53,895 nt of DNA from Patellaria atrata CBS 101060. Lineage: Eukaryota. Positions within the stretch are counted from its first letter, which is position 1, and every line of letters starts with the position of its first letter. The notes under the pieces are model-generated. The model had not been told where the DNA came from and searched no databases. It was given only the letters and a program-made list of their open reading frames with translations. The stretch spans positions 328,843 to 382,737 of the forward strand of contig MU006108.1 of NCBI GenBank assembly GCA_010093705.1. The letters are read 5' to 3'. Below are positions 53,601 to 53,895 of the stretch, one piece after another. Position numbers and translations under genes: made by a program.

Positions 53601-53895
53601 GTTAAAAAGATATTATTATTATATTTAAATTAATTAATATTTAAATTTATATTATAATATTTTTATTTTTTATTATTTTTAGATTTTCTTATTTATAGAA
53701 AAATATATTTATTATAATATTTTAAGCTTTAAATTAATATATAATTTAGAAATAAAAATTAAAAAGAGTTTTACTTTAATAAATTTATTTAATATTAAGT
53801 AATTATTTTATAATAAAGTATTTTAATACTTTATAATTAATAATTATAATAAAGAAAATTTATTATAATTTTATTAATATACTTTTCTATTTAAT
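50664..53895 (-). mobile_element. Duplicated copy of the A3 3' half (LTR at 50664-50935, chromodomain, integrase, linker, RNase H); runs off the window end
   Basis: Mirror of 33376-34956 and about 24880-25941, without B2. Confidence 0.87.
52434..53025 (-). repeat. Solo LTR of a family B variant (592 bp)
   Basis: B-type ends; TSD ATATA at 52429-52433 and 53026-53030; the interior at about 52790-52965 differs from the B LTR. Confidence 0.87.

Noticed and set aside
33376..53895. Inverted duplication as a chimeric-read assembly artefact
   Set aside because: The arms differ by many transitions, an indel of about 70 bp and TSD-flanked private insertions; an artefact would give near-identical arms.
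35000..53895. Extreme AT content as mitochondrial or foreign DNA, simple satellite or CRISPR array
   Set aside because: The sequence aligns colinearly to the Gypsy elements by C-to-T and G-to-A changes; no organellar genes or repeat-spacer structure seen.

Overview
Gene-free, very AT-rich region typical of a filamentous ascomycete, built entirely from nested LTR retrotransposons degraded by repeat-induced point mutation (RIP; CpA/TpG lost, TpA gained). Working labels used here: one Ty1/Copia relic and Ty3/Gypsy families A (272-bp LTR), A' (a sibling), B (610-bp LTR) and C (a fragment). Matching 5-bp target-site duplications resolve a four-level nest (C > A3 > B1 > A2) plus B2 inside A3. The right 20 kb is a fold-back inverted duplication centred on a spacer of about 316 bp at 42617-42932; its arms gained different insertions afterwards. 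The standout is family B: it carries an extra gene antisense to gag-pol that encodes a 189-aa Zn(II)2Cys6-type, coiled-coil, acidic-tail protein. In copy B2 this gene and its upstream LTR segment form the only essentially RIP-free kilobase in the window. Coordinates were counted by eye; boundaries not supported by a TSD are approximate.
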